A stretch of 30,163 nucleotides of DNA from a virus (IMGVR_UViG_3300037991_003529:1-30163); one strand, 5' to 3'. Shown: positions 6,859 through 16,236, counted from the stretch's first letter. Made by a program: numbers and translations. Notes: generated by a model not told the origin, from the sequence alone.

Positions 6859-8519
6859 CTTTCTGCTAAAGCCTCTTCTAACACTTCAGAGTAAGTCTTA
6901 CCTTCATGTATGTGATCTTTAAACCAATCATAAACATGAGGTGCGTTAAAAGCTAATGCTTTTCCTTTATCATTAATATACTTAAAATCTATTTCTGCCA
7001 AGCACATCTCTTTTGGTTTGATGTTAAGTTCACATAACTTATCGTCCCATCTATCTAGATACAATTGTTGATCAGCCCATTGAAAGTCTAAGAATATATT
7101 ACGTCCCAGATAGCCTCTAGGTGCTCGATACTCTTTCCAGTTTTTTTCAATGTGACCATTATCAATACCATACTTTCCCCACTTACGCCAGAATGGAGTA
7201 TCTCTTCTTTTACTCAAAGTAAAATGATAAGATATAAAATCACTTATTTGATTTTCTAGTTTTTGGACTTGTCTTGTATAAGCTTTCTTAGCTGACTCAG
7301 CTATGTCTCTTCCTTTGTATTTTGTAAGAGCTTGATCTAACATTTGTATACAACTTTGAGCAACGTATATACTGTTAGCTTCCATTGGATCAATAAATCC
7401 TTGAGCCATACCAATACCTACTACATTCTTATCCCAAGCTTTATCATAGTAACCTTGTTCCCATTGTATCAATCTAGGATCTCTTATAAACTCATATCCA
7501 TCCCAGTATCTTATAAAATCTTCTCTAGCTTCATCTGGATCTTCTATATTAGCATCAAATACATATCCAGAACCCATCCTACTATACAATGATATAATAA
7601 AGTTCCAACCACTTCTGTTAGCATAACTTTGAGTGTAAGGCTTCATTTCTTGATAAGGATCTTTATACTTAACAGGAGCTGCCCAAGCAGACTGAGTAGG
7701 CAACTGACTTATGCCTTGCCATTTAACATCCATAGAATCCATTAGTACTCTATTGAATCCAGTACAGTCACAGTACAAGTCTGCTTCAAAGATTCTTCCA
7801 TCTTCTAGTTTAAGGTTAGTAACATAACCATTATAGTCTTTTTGTATTCTGCTAACATGACCTGTTACATGTTCTACTCCTAAAGGTATAGCAACCATGT
7901 CTCTTATTACTTTAGGAAATCTTTCAGCATCTACATGCCAAGCATAGCTATTGTATCCACCAGTAACAGGATAGCCATCATTATATCGAGCAGCACGATT
8001 CTTCATTGCTGGGTGATATTGTTCCATTGTGTAAGCATCAGTTTGACTAGCTGAATACTTACCTCTTCTTACTAACTCTAACCAATAGTCATGATGTTTA
8101 TTATCAATACCAAACTTACCATCATTATCATAGAAGTAATCATCTACAGTTCTATGTTTATAGAAATTGTTTCTTAAAGAGTTTGTATTGTAAGAAAAAC
8201 TAAATGAATAAAAATGATATTCTTCTGGTAGAGCATTCCAATGATCAGTTACATGAGTCATTGGTTTTTCTGTATTCCATCCTACAAAATGATTACCAAG
8301 TTTATGAATACCATGAACTGCTTTCATCCAAGTGTTTTCATCAACATCTAACCACTGAAGAAGCTCTCCAAGTTGAGGTACAGTACTTTCTCCAACACCC
8401 AGTATAGGAACATTGGGTGATTCAATTAATGTTATTTTTATTTCTGGATGTCTTTTTTGAAGAAGAGCTGCAGTGAACCAACCAATGACTCCACCACCAA
8501 GTACTACTATTTTTTTCAT
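6855..8519 (-). CDS. Tryptophan-halogenase family flavin-dependent enzyme
   Basis: GGGVIG, GVGESTVP, HKLGNHFVGW (PrnA catalytic Lys position), AWHVDAERF, DCTGF, FIDPMEA; ATGA overlap with the gp44 stop. Confidence 0.88.
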   Translation of the reverse strand: MKKIVVLGGGVIGWFTAALLQKRHPEIKITLIESPNVPILGVGESTVPQLGELLQWLDVDENTWMKAVHGIHKLGNHFVGWNTEKPMTHVTDHWNALPEEYHFYSFSFSYNTNSLRNNFYKHRTVDDYFYDNDGKFGIDNKHHDYWLELVRRGKYSASQTDAYTMEQYHPAMKNRAARYNDGYPVTGGYNSYAWHVDAERFPKVIRDMVAIPLGVEHVTGHVSRIQKDYNGYVTNLKLEDGRIFEADLYCDCTGFNRVLMDSMDVKWQGISQLPTQSAWAAPVKYKDPYQEMKPYTQSYANRSGWNFIISLYSRMGSGYVFDANIEDPDEAREDFIRYWDGYEFIRDPRLIQWEQGYYDKAWDKNVVGIGMAQGFIDPMEANSIYVAQSCIQMLDQALTKYKGRDIAESAKKAYTRQVQKLENQISDFISYHFTLSKRRDTPFWRKWGKYGIDNGHIEKNWKEYRAPRGYLGRNIFLDFQWADQQLYLDRWDDKLCELNIKPKEMCLAEIDFKYINDKGKALAFNAPHVYDWFKDHIHEGKTYSEVLEEALAER

Positions 8520-9451
8520 TTGAATTGAACCTGAGCCATTATCTCTGTCATACATGCAACTATATTTAGTTCGTGATCAGCTACAAATGCATCTTTATAT
8601 TGGTAATCAGCAAGAATAAGAACAAGTTGAGGAATAGATTGTGGTTCAACATATTCGTTCATGTTATCATATAGACCTCGAAAGATAGCGTTCGTATCCA
8701 CGTCCATATGGTCTACAACCCAACGCCTCATAGCTTTAAAGTTCTTTTCTTTTATAGCAGCGGCCAAGGTATTAAAGTTGTTGCTTGCATTAGTAGATGT
8801 ACTAGAGTTAATCCCAGTACCAGAAATATGAAGTCTCTGTACCTCATTAAGTATTCTCCTCCAATCAGGGGCATGTTTCATAATCAAATCAGCTGTGGCT
8901 CTTTGTTCGTGAGTAACACCTTCTTTGTCTAATATCTCTTTAAGCCTTTTATAAAATTCCATAGAGAGATTAGCTAGAGAGTTTTTAGTAGTGTTAAACT
9001 CATAAACACCACATCGAGAATGCAGTGGTTCTATTATTCTATTCTTAAAGTTGCAAGTAAGTATGAATCTACAATTGTTTGCAAATTCTTCTATGAACCC
9101 ACGTAATGCAGGTTGAGTCGATTGCGGGTTCAAGTAGTCAGCCTCATCGAGAATAACAACCTTGAACCCGCCCGACAAAGATACACTAGAGGCAAATTGT
9201 TTTATCTTACCCCTCAATGTATCAATGTTACCTTCCTCTGATCCGTTGATAATAATATAATCCAGGCCAAGTTCATTACATAATGCTTTAGCTACTGTGG
9301 TCTTTCCTAGACCAGCTGTACCAGTAAACAACATGTTAGGGAACTCACCCTTTTCCACAATCTGCTGAAACGTTTTTTTTAATGAAGGAGGAAGTATAGT
9401 TTCAGATATTGTTTTAGGACGATATTTTTCAACCCAAAGAAAGGTATCCAT
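8516..9451 (-). CDS. gp44: Clamp loader large subunit (AAA+)
   Basis: LWVEKYRP, GTAGLGKTT, ILDEAD, PLHSRC. Confidence 0.96.
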   Translation of the reverse strand: MDTFLWVEKYRPKTISETILPPSLKKTFQQIVEKGEFPNMLFTGTAGLGKTTVAKALCNELGLDYIIINGSEEGNIDTLRGKIKQFASSVSLSGGFKVVILDEADYLNPQSTQPALRGFIEEFANNCRFILTCNFKNRIIEPLHSRCGVYEFNTTKNSLANLSMEFYKRLKEILDKEGVTHEQRATADLIMKHAPDWRRILNEVQRLHISGTGINSSTSTNASNNFNTLAAAIKEKNFKAMRRWVVDHMDVDTNAIFRGLYDNMNEYVEPQSIPQLVLILADYQYKDAFVADHELNIVACMTEIMAQVQFK

Positions 9452-9459
9452 ATTCTTTC

Positions 9460-9687
9460 TTATTCCTTCTTAGCAGCTTGATCCGTTTGATATGTTTCAC
9501 ACATTTGAATCATTTGTGTTGCTTGATCACGTAGCTGGCCAAGAGTTGTTAACTCCTCACCTTTGATTGCACCACGTTGGACCATTGTATCAACTACTGC
9601 AACAGTTGATCTACTAATACGATTAGCAAGATCATATACTGGTGCATGCGACTCATGAGCCATTTTTACTTCATCTTCTTTAGCCAT
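9460..9687 (-). CDS. Hypothetical helical protein (75 aa)
   Basis: MAKEDEVK...VDTMVQRGAIKGEELTTLGQLRD; SD GGAG; fills the gp45-gp44 gap. Confidence 0.75.
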   Translation of the reverse strand: MAKEDEVKMAHESHAPVYDLANRISRSTVAVVDTMVQRGAIKGEELTTLGQLRDQATQMIQMCETYQTDQAAKKE

Positions 9688-9688
9688 T

Positions 9689-10363
9689 TTATTCTCCATA
9701 TGTTGATGACTTCTCAAGTGCAACCCAGTATGTGAGGTCACCACTTTCGTTTGTAAATTGTGAGATTAGTTTAGATGATATCTTAACATTATAGTTATCT
9801 GATACCATCCTTAGATTAGCTATATTTAGTGCAAATTTAAACTTATCGTTTTCGTATCCTCCATCTACTTGTATAGAGTATTCATTAGCAGTTGCATTCT
9901 CTGGATCAATCACAGATAGTTTAACACTACCATCATTAGGTTCAATAGTCAACTGGCCATGACCAAAAACAGCAGCAGCTCTTTTAATTCCATTCAATGT
10001 TCCTTCATCTAATGTAAACCATACATCAGCATCAGGCATATCAATTGGTTTAGTAGGAGTAGTTAACATTTCAGTATCAGCATAATAATACTTTACAAGC
10101 TCTCTACCAGAGACACCACCAATCTGCATATACTGATCTTCAAACCTTACTCGTGGTTTATCCACAAGTCCTAATATATTAAGAAACTCTGAAAGATCAT
10201 AGATACCAACAGTACTAGCAAACTCTTCTGGTACTGAAGCTTCTGCTAATATGTTCTTTGCTTCTGATATTGTCATAAGTTTGTTACCAGGTTTGATAAC
10301 AATATTTGCATTTATATTTGCAAAGTTTTTTAGCACATTTACTGTGCTTGCACTAATCTCCAT
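9689..10363 (-). CDS. gp45: Sliding clamp
   Basis: LKNFANINANI, GIYDLSEFL, YWVALE; SD GAGGA. Confidence 0.95.
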   Translation of the reverse strand: MEISASTVNVLKNFANINANIVIKPGNKLMTISEAKNILAEASVPEEFASTVGIYDLSEFLNILGLVDKPRVRFEDQYMQIGGVSGRELVKYYYADTEMLTTPTKPIDMPDADVWFTLDEGTLNGIKRAAAVFGHGQLTIEPNDGSVKLSVIDPENATANEYSIQVDGGYENDKFKFALNIANLRMVSDNYNVKISSKLISQFTNESGDLTYWVALEKSSTYGE

Positions 10364-10381
10364 AATGTATTCCTCATATAA

Positions 10382-10861
10382 TTAGTCAGCTTCATTAAAA
10401 TGGAAAAACCATTGCCAACATTCATCGTATTGTAATTTATCTCTCCAGTGTGTTACTTGAGGTCCACGATAAAAGTATGCATCACCTGGACTCATGTAAA
10501 CAGTATCATCTCCAGCATGAAAGGCCCATCGTTCAGTGTGTGGTCTATTAATTAGATTAATAGTAAAACTATAATCACAATGCATGGCATCTTTATGCTT
10601 TTTTAACTCAGCTCCTTTAGTGTATATTCTACCAAAGTCATTAGTTTTAATCAACGGTGTTTTGAATACTTCACTAACTCTTGGTTCTAACAGTCTGTGA
10701 AAACCACTAAAGAATTTATACCAAGATCTTGTACCATCATTAGTAATTTGAGTATCTTCACCACCTTCACCTATAGCATACTCGGATCCAAGGCCTTTAC
10801 CTTTAATTTTTTGAATACACTGTTCTACTTCTCGTTCTGTAAAAAAGTTTTCTACTAACAT
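10382..10861 (-). CDS. 2OG-Fe(II) oxygenase
   Basis: RIY..GAELKKHKD (HxD), PGDAYFY, HWR, QWFFHF. Confidence 0.8.
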   Translation of the reverse strand: MLVENFFTEREVEQCIQKIKGKGLGSEYAIGEGGEDTQITNDGTRSWYKFFSGFHRLLEPRVSEVFKTPLIKTNDFGRIYTKGAELKKHKDAMHCDYSFTINLINRPHTERWAFHAGDDTVYMSPGDAYFYRGPQVTHWRDKLQYDECWQWFFHFNEAD

Positions 10862-12570
10862 TTTATCTTACTAAAGTTTTTTTCTTTGACTACTTCTAAT
10901 TTCTTTTCAAACTTACCATCAACCATTTCACCTTTATGAGATATAACAAATACATTTGTATCTTCACCAAGACTATAGATTATCTTCATAAGATTGTCAA
11001 CACCATCTAGATCTAACGAGCTATCAAATGTCTCATCAAGTAACAGAAGATTTGTTGCAACACTATTCTTCATCTTTGCAATCTGTCTCCACGTAAACAG
11101 TAGTGCTAAGTCTATGCGTTGCTTCTCACCTTCAGAGAAAGAATCATATGTAAAGTTATCACGAAACCTTGACCTAATTGTTTCTTGAAAATGTTCATCT
11201 AAGTTAAACGAAACAAAGAAGTCAAGGATTTGTAAGTACTGATTTACTAACTTATTTATAACAGGAAGATACTGCTTAACTATTTTAGTTTTGATACCAG
11301 TGTCTCTTAACATTTGAGTCATAACAGAATTATAGTTTTGTTGCTCACTTAGTATTAGTCTTTGTTCAATTAGTTCATTACTATTTTCTTTTAGTTCATC
11401 TAATTCAGTGTTAGCTGCAGCTATGTCTGAACCTTTAGATATGTTGTCTAACTCACCTTGAGTACGATCTATAGCCTTCTGAAAGTTGTCTATTGATTGA
11501 TTGTTACCATGCATCTCACTTTGAGCTATTACACATTTACCTATTTGTTCTTCAGCGGATGCCAGTAATTCATTTCGTCTTCCCAGAGAATCTTCAGCAG
11601 TTTGTAATGCTTCATTGAGTTCCTGTGCTTTTGTTTTTCCATCCAGGATATGCTTCTCTTTCGTTTTCTTAGTAATGGGTTGGGTGCATGTAGGACACTC
11701 ATCGTTTTGCTCAAAGAATTTGACATCTTTGACGAGTTTCTTGATATCTGCATTAAACTTAGCTTTGAACTGTGTGAGCTCAGCAATCCTTGTTTGTGCT
11801 TTCTGCTTATCGTCTTCTGCTGTAGATAAGTTTGCTTCGACAAAGGTGGATAGTTTACTGTTAGACTCATTGAGAGTCTTGATCTCATCGCGATAGTCCT
11901 TAATAAGTTCAAGCTTTTCTTCTTTTTGTTCTTCGTTGATTGCTTTGATATCTTTAATGTACTTTTTCTGAGCTTCGATCTTTGTCTTGATAACTTCGGT
12001 TTTGTGTTCAACATCTTTTAGGTTATCCTTTAGAATAGATGACTTTTCTTTTAGTATACTATTCATTTTAGAGAATACATTAATGTCCAGAAGATCCTCG
12101 ATCACATCTCTTCGATTCTGAGCGCTTAGCTGCATGAAGGGAATGAAGGAGGAGGAGCCTAGCACTACGATCTGATGGAAGCTTTTATGATTAAGCTTCA
12201 AGATGTTTTGCTCGAGGATCTTCTGGTACTCTTTGGCATGGGAGTCTTGATTCAACATAGTCTCACCACGCCATATCTCAAACTTATTTGGTTTTATACC
12301 TCTAATGATCTTAAAGTCTGATCCAAGAACATTAAACGTAACCTCTACTACTGTTCCTTTATTGTTTATACTATTGACTAGTTGTGCCTTAGATATATTC
12401 CTATGTGCTCTACCAAACAACGCAAAAGATAATGCATCTAGCATTGTTGATTTACCAGCACCATTCTGACCTACAACAAGAGTTGTTTTAGCTTCTTGGA
12501 AGTTAAGGTCACACCAATTGTTACCAGTGGATAGGAAGTTCTTCCACTTTAGAGTTTTAAATGTAATCAT
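10855..12570 (-). CDS. gp46: Recombination nuclease ATPase subunit (Rad50/SbcC-like)
   Basis: GQNGAGKST, Zn hook CPTC, signature FSEGEK, LLLDE, ISHK. Confidence 0.97.
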   Translation of the reverse strand: MITFKTLKWKNFLSTGNNWCDLNFQEAKTTLVVGQNGAGKSTMLDALSFALFGRAHRNISKAQLVNSINNKGTVVEVTFNVLGSDFKIIRGIKPNKFEIWRGETMLNQDSHAKEYQKILEQNILKLNHKSFHQIVVLGSSSFIPFMQLSAQNRRDVIEDLLDINVFSKMNSILKEKSSILKDNLKDVEHKTEVIKTKIEAQKKYIKDIKAINEEQKEEKLELIKDYRDEIKTLNESNSKLSTFVEANLSTAEDDKQKAQTRIAELTQFKAKFNADIKKLVKDVKFFEQNDECPTCTQPITKKTKEKHILDGKTKAQELNEALQTAEDSLGRRNELLASAEEQIGKCVIAQSEMHGNNQSIDNFQKAIDRTQGELDNISKGSDIAAANTELDELKENSNELIEQRLILSEQQNYNSVMTQMLRDTGIKTKIVKQYLPVINKLVNQYLQILDFFVSFNLDEHFQETIRSRFRDNFTYDSFSEGEKQRIDLALLFTWRQIAKMKNSVATNLLLLDETFDSSLDLDGVDNLMKIIYSLGEDTNVFVISHKGEMVDGKFEKKLEVVKEKNFSKIKC

Positions 12571-13628
12571 ACTATTTCTAGAGCTTGTGCTTCGGTCATA
12601 AGGTTAGACATTTCAACTTTGATACGATCCTTATCAAGATCTGTATCTACAGCATCGATGTAACTATTAAGTAACGTAGGAGTATCTTCCACCGAAACAC
12701 TCTCATCGTCAACATTAGATCCTACAAATTCGTTAAAATTTTCTGCTATCTTTAACTCAAGGATCTCTCTATTGTTTATTCTATCTATGAATCTATCAAA
12801 TGTAAAAGTATCAGCTTTGTTTACCACCACAACTTTAACAAATTTTCCATCGACCTCATCCAAAGGATAATGAAGGTAATCAGTATTGGTATCGTCATAC
12901 CTAATACGATGAAATAAAGTGTGAGGATTTCTAATCGCGGTAATCTCTCTAGTTTCCGTATCAAGAATGTGAAAGTATTTGTTATCATGCGCATCATTCC
13001 AAAAGAACTCCATCTGTGATCCAAGATACGTTATGTTATCTTGTTCTGACTTGACATGAAAATGTCCAGACAAAACTCTCTCAAATCTTTTGAATACAGA
13101 TTTGTCTATTCCATGTTCACATCTTATGCCTCTTAACATCTCATAACCAATTATATCAAAATGACCTCCAATCCAATCACACTTAGCTTTGGCTAAGAAC
13201 TCCATAGATTCTTTTTCACATTGATCATCAATCCATGGAACAAGTCCCATCTTCAGTGAACCATATTCCATAACTGTTGGCTTATGAATGATAGTTACTT
13301 CGTTCATATAGTGACCAAGTAACTCTTTTAAACTATTTAACTCACCTGTGTTCTTATAATATGTGTCATGATTACCACGGATAATATCCATGGTGATACC
13401 TAGATCTCTAAGCGGTTTAAGAAATGCATGACGGTTACGGTTAAGAGCACGGAAGTTGATAAACTTCCTGTTATCATAATAATCACCAAGGTGAATGATA
13501 TGGCGAATGTTATGCTCCAAAAGATAAGGAAAAAATACATCGCTATAAAATTTTTCTGCGTTATCGAGAAATATGTCGCTACTATTGCGAGTCCCACAAT
13601 GAGTGTCATTTAGTATTGCCACGCGCAT
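12567..13628 (-). CDS. gp47: Recombination nuclease subunit (Mre11/SbcD-like)
   Basis: DTH, HLGDYYD, GNHD, SGHFH. Confidence 0.96.
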   Translation of the reverse strand: MRVAILNDTHCGTRNSSDIFLDNAEKFYSDVFFPYLLEHNIRHIIHLGDYYDNRKFINFRALNRNRHAFLKPLRDLGITMDIIRGNHDTYYKNTGELNSLKELLGHYMNEVTIIHKPTVMEYGSLKMGLVPWIDDQCEKESMEFLAKAKCDWIGGHFDIIGYEMLRGIRCEHGIDKSVFKRFERVLSGHFHVKSEQDNITYLGSQMEFFWNDAHDNKYFHILDTETREITAIRNPHTLFHRIRYDDTNTDYLHYPLDEVDGKFVKVVVVNKADTFTFDRFIDRINNREILELKIAENFNEFVGSNVDDESVSVEDTPTLLNSYIDAVDTDLDKDRIKVEMSNLMTEAQALEIV

Positions 13629-14037
13629 CGAGTTTCCCTTCCCTCCTCATCTTCCTTCTAATTTTAGTCGAGCTGATATTGTGAATCTCTTCACCTAGAT
13701 CATGTTGTGTGAATGTATATCCTACACCACGACCATAGCTAATGTCAACAATATTTGGTACTGGCAGTATTGTATATTCAATACCATTAGTATATCCTTC
13801 TTCAGCTAAAGCATCTTCGATACGTCCTCTTATATTTCTTAAATGAAATGGATTATCGTTTTGCTTTACTGTTCGTCCGCCACCAGCATCTTTACCAACA
13901 ATACCACTGACGTCTCTAACCATTATACACACTTGACCAGTTTCAGACAACGCTTTTTTAAATAATTCTGTATGTCCTTTATGCCAAGGTTGCCACCTAC
14001 CAAGCATTTGAGTAGTAGGCTTTTGAGGATCAAACAT
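13606..14037 (-). CDS. Cytidylyltransferase-like / HxGH nucleotidyltransferase
   Basis: GRWQPWHKGH and ISSTKIR. Confidence 0.85.
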   Translation of the reverse strand: MFDPQKPTTQMLGRWQPWHKGHTELFKKALSETGQVCIMVRDVSGIVGKDAGGGRTVKQNDNPFHLRNIRGRIEDALAEEGYTNGIEYTILPVPNIVDISYGRGVGYTFTQHDLGEEIHNISSTKIRRKMRREGKLDARGNTK

Positions 14038-14449
14038 GACGTTCTTCTTTGAGTTGATTAGCAAAGTCGAGAATCTCTTTCTCACTCATAAAACCTTTTA
14101 TGTGATAATCAACTTCTGTTGGTTGTTCAAATAACTGATTAGTGTCAGTATATCTTCCAGCAGCTATTGTATCCATCCATATAGTAATGTCAGCTGAGAA
14201 TGTCTTTCTAGTTTCTCCAGTAGGACAAACAAAGTCACATATTACTGTTCTGGCTCTTGTACCTTCAAACGTAGCTAAACAATTCATACGTTCAGATTGA
14301 CGTCTACGACCTTGTTCAGTAAAGTCATAATCATTTGCCATCTCTCTGACTTTATCTGCATTATACCAAGCACAGTTTAAATGCACTTGTAATCTTTTTG
14401 CTAAGTGTGTTTTACCAGAACCTGGTAAACCCATTATTAATATTCTCAT
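14030..14449 (-). CDS. Adenylylsulfate kinase-like P-loop kinase
   Basis: GLPGSGKT, NADKVR, DF..QGRRRQ, DFVCP; ATGA overlap with the gp55 stop. Confidence 0.75.
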   Translation of the reverse strand: MRILIMGLPGSGKTHLAKRLQVHLNCAWYNADKVREMANDYDFTEQGRRRQSERMNCLATFEGTRARTVICDFVCPTGETRKTFSADITIWMDTIAAGRYTDTNQLFEQPTEVDYHIKGFMSEKEILDFANQLKEERHV

Positions 14450-15036
14450 AGGAAGTTACTCAAATCTGAATCAACTGGACTAGCTGATCGTTTTGCTCTT
14501 TTCTTTTCTTGTACAGCAAACTCTTTTATTACATCATCTTTTTCTTTTACTTTATCAATACGATCTTTTAATGTATCTACAAATGCTTGGACAACTTGTT
14601 GAGATGCAGTATCACCTTCTTGAGTCATTATAAATTGTTCTATTCCAGATGATGTCATATACTTTTGTTTGATATCAAATTGTTTCTTTTCTTTGGCAAT
14701 ACGGCGTAGAAAAGCATACCACGAGATTTGAGTGAAATAAGCAAACGCATTTGGGTTACCTGTTCTAGTTGCTGTTTCTACATTATAGTTCTTGATGGCT
14801 TTTAAACAATTCTCAACAGCATCCATAACCATCTCTTCGCGATATGTATATCTTATAAAATTAGATTTGTGTGACAGACCTTCAGCTATCTTTAAGAAAC
14901 ACTGAGCGATATAATCTGGGACAACAGGTATGTTATCATTACTGTTCTTTGCTTCAGTAACTACTGTACAATAATCTACGACTGCTTGGGAAAATTCTTT
15001 ATTGTTTACATAATGTATGTTATCTTTTTTTGCCAT
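14446..15036 (-). CDS. gp55: Late-transcription sigma factor
   Basis: HYVNNKEF, NFIRYTYREEMVMDAVENC, NAFAYFTQI, AFLRRIAKEKKQ; SD GAGG before ATG 15036. Confidence 0.95.
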   Translation of the reverse strand: MAKKDNIHYVNNKEFSQAVVDYCTVVTEAKNSNDNIPVVPDYIAQCFLKIAEGLSHKSNFIRYTYREEMVMDAVENCLKAIKNYNVETATRTGNPNAFAYFTQISWYAFLRRIAKEKKQFDIKQKYMTSSGIEQFIMTQEGDTASQQVVQAFVDTLKDRIDKVKEKDDVIKEFAVQEKKRAKRSASPVDSDLSNFL

Positions 15037-15057
15037 AATAAACCTCAAGTTTTTAAT

Positions 15058-15086
15058 ATAATATAACAAATTTTTTTATAGATCAA
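15058..15086 (-). promoter_or_regulatory. Sigma70-type promoter for the gp55 operon
   Basis: TTGATC (15086-15081), 17 nt, TATTAT (15063-15058). Confidence 0.6.
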
Positions 15087-15099
15087 CTAAAAAAAACTG

Positions 15100-15128
15100 T
15101 TGACAAGTTGTTAAAATAGATGTATAAT
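15100..15128 (+). promoter_or_regulatory. Perfect sigma70 promoter with no evident downstream gene
   Basis: TTGACA (15100-15105), 17 nt, TATAAT (15123-15128); A8 tract at 15089-15096. Confidence 0.75.
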
Positions 15129-15157
15129 CTTATTGCCCATGGTGGGCCGGCAGTATA

Positions 15158-15814
15158 CTATTTTACTAAAAATCCAATACGGGGGTCTTCTAAGTGACCA
15201 TCTGCATCGTCGTAAGCTTCAATAAAATCATATCCATGCATTTCCATATGATCTTTTTTAGGACCTAGATCTGAAGACCAAACTGGAATTATATGATCAT
15301 AGTCTGGGTCTGGTGAATGTCTTAAATGAACTTCAATTACTTTATCACCTATAAACTCAACGTTAATTTCTTTCACATCACACAGCTCAGTAAGTTCATC
15401 TGGAACAGATGGTACAAAATCTGATCTCTGCCATTCGACAAATTTGCTAACATTGACAGGCATGTTTATTCCAACCCAACAAGATCTACCTTTCCAAGGA
15501 TCTCTCCACTGACCATTTATCATATCTCTATCGTATTGCCAAATATAATTTGCAGAGTAATGAGTCCCTAAAAAATACTCACACCAAAAATATCCAGGAG
15601 GTGTTGAATTGCGATCTCCAGCTTTTAATTTTTTAACAGTAGCTCCAACACCCATTCCTGAGAGATTGTAAATAGGCCTAATAACATATGTTCCATCTTC
15701 CGGAATATCTACTCCAGCTGGACCACATTTGTAACCTAGCTTTTCTGACAGCCAGAGTTTGTTAAACCATTGCCTATGGTGTTTATATTTTTGATAAGCA
15801 GTATCATCTTCCAT
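15158..15814 (-). CDS. Hypothetical protein, ATP-grasp-like
   Basis: VIRPIYNLSGMGVGA, WCEYFLGTHYS and NVEFIGDKVIEVHLR follow ATP-grasp motif order. Confidence 0.55.
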   Translation of the reverse strand: MEDDTAYQKYKHHRQWFNKLWLSEKLGYKCGPAGVDIPEDGTYVIRPIYNLSGMGVGATVKKLKAGDRNSTPPGYFWCEYFLGTHYSANYIWQYDRDMINGQWRDPWKGRSCWVGINMPVNVSKFVEWQRSDFVPSVPDELTELCDVKEINVEFIGDKVIEVHLRHSPDPDYDHIIPVWSSDLGPKKDHMEMHGYDFIEAYDDADGHLEDPRIGFLVK

Positions 15815-16236
15815 TAATGTAATTTATCACTCCCTGGAAACCAAATTACATTTTCAAACTCTTCTTCGATATCAGCTTGCTTTTGTAATTTATCTTTCAT
15901 TCTAGTTATATAATCACTAACTTTTTTATTTAATTCTTCTTCTGAGAGATTTGAATTTATTACAGCTTGATCATACTGACCCAAAACTTTCAGATCAGGT
16001 TTCCCTTGAGCAACTACATGCATTATGTTTAAAGTAATGAAAGTATCATCACCTTCTTGCACAGTCATCCAAGGCTTTAAATTATAATATCTATATCCTC
16101 TCACATCATCATCTTTAGCGTTAATCATATAAACATTACGAACAACTATATCACCTTCTTGTTCATCTGCCCAATCAAGGATCTCACAAATGATTTCGTC
16201 TCCAGTTGTCAGTTTTAATTGTTTAACATTATCCAT
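15814..16236 (-). CDS. Hypothetical protein at the usual uvsW-downstream position (possible Sm-like N-terminus)
   Basis: QLKLTTGDEIICEI...LKPWM; coupled to uvsW and to the next gene (TAATG). Confidence 0.65.
   Translation of the reverse strand: MDNVKQLKLTTGDEIICEILDWADEQEGDIVVRNVYMINAKDDDVRGYRYYNLKPWMTVQEGDDTFITLNIMHVVAQGKPDLKVLGQYDQAVINSNLSEEELNKKVSDYITRMKDKLQKQADIEEEFENVIWFPGSDKLH

Noticed and set aside
15139-15225. 28-codon plus-strand ORF behind the orphan promoter
   Set aside because: No SD, overlaps a minus-strand gene and has no recognisable features; kept only as an alternative in the finding.
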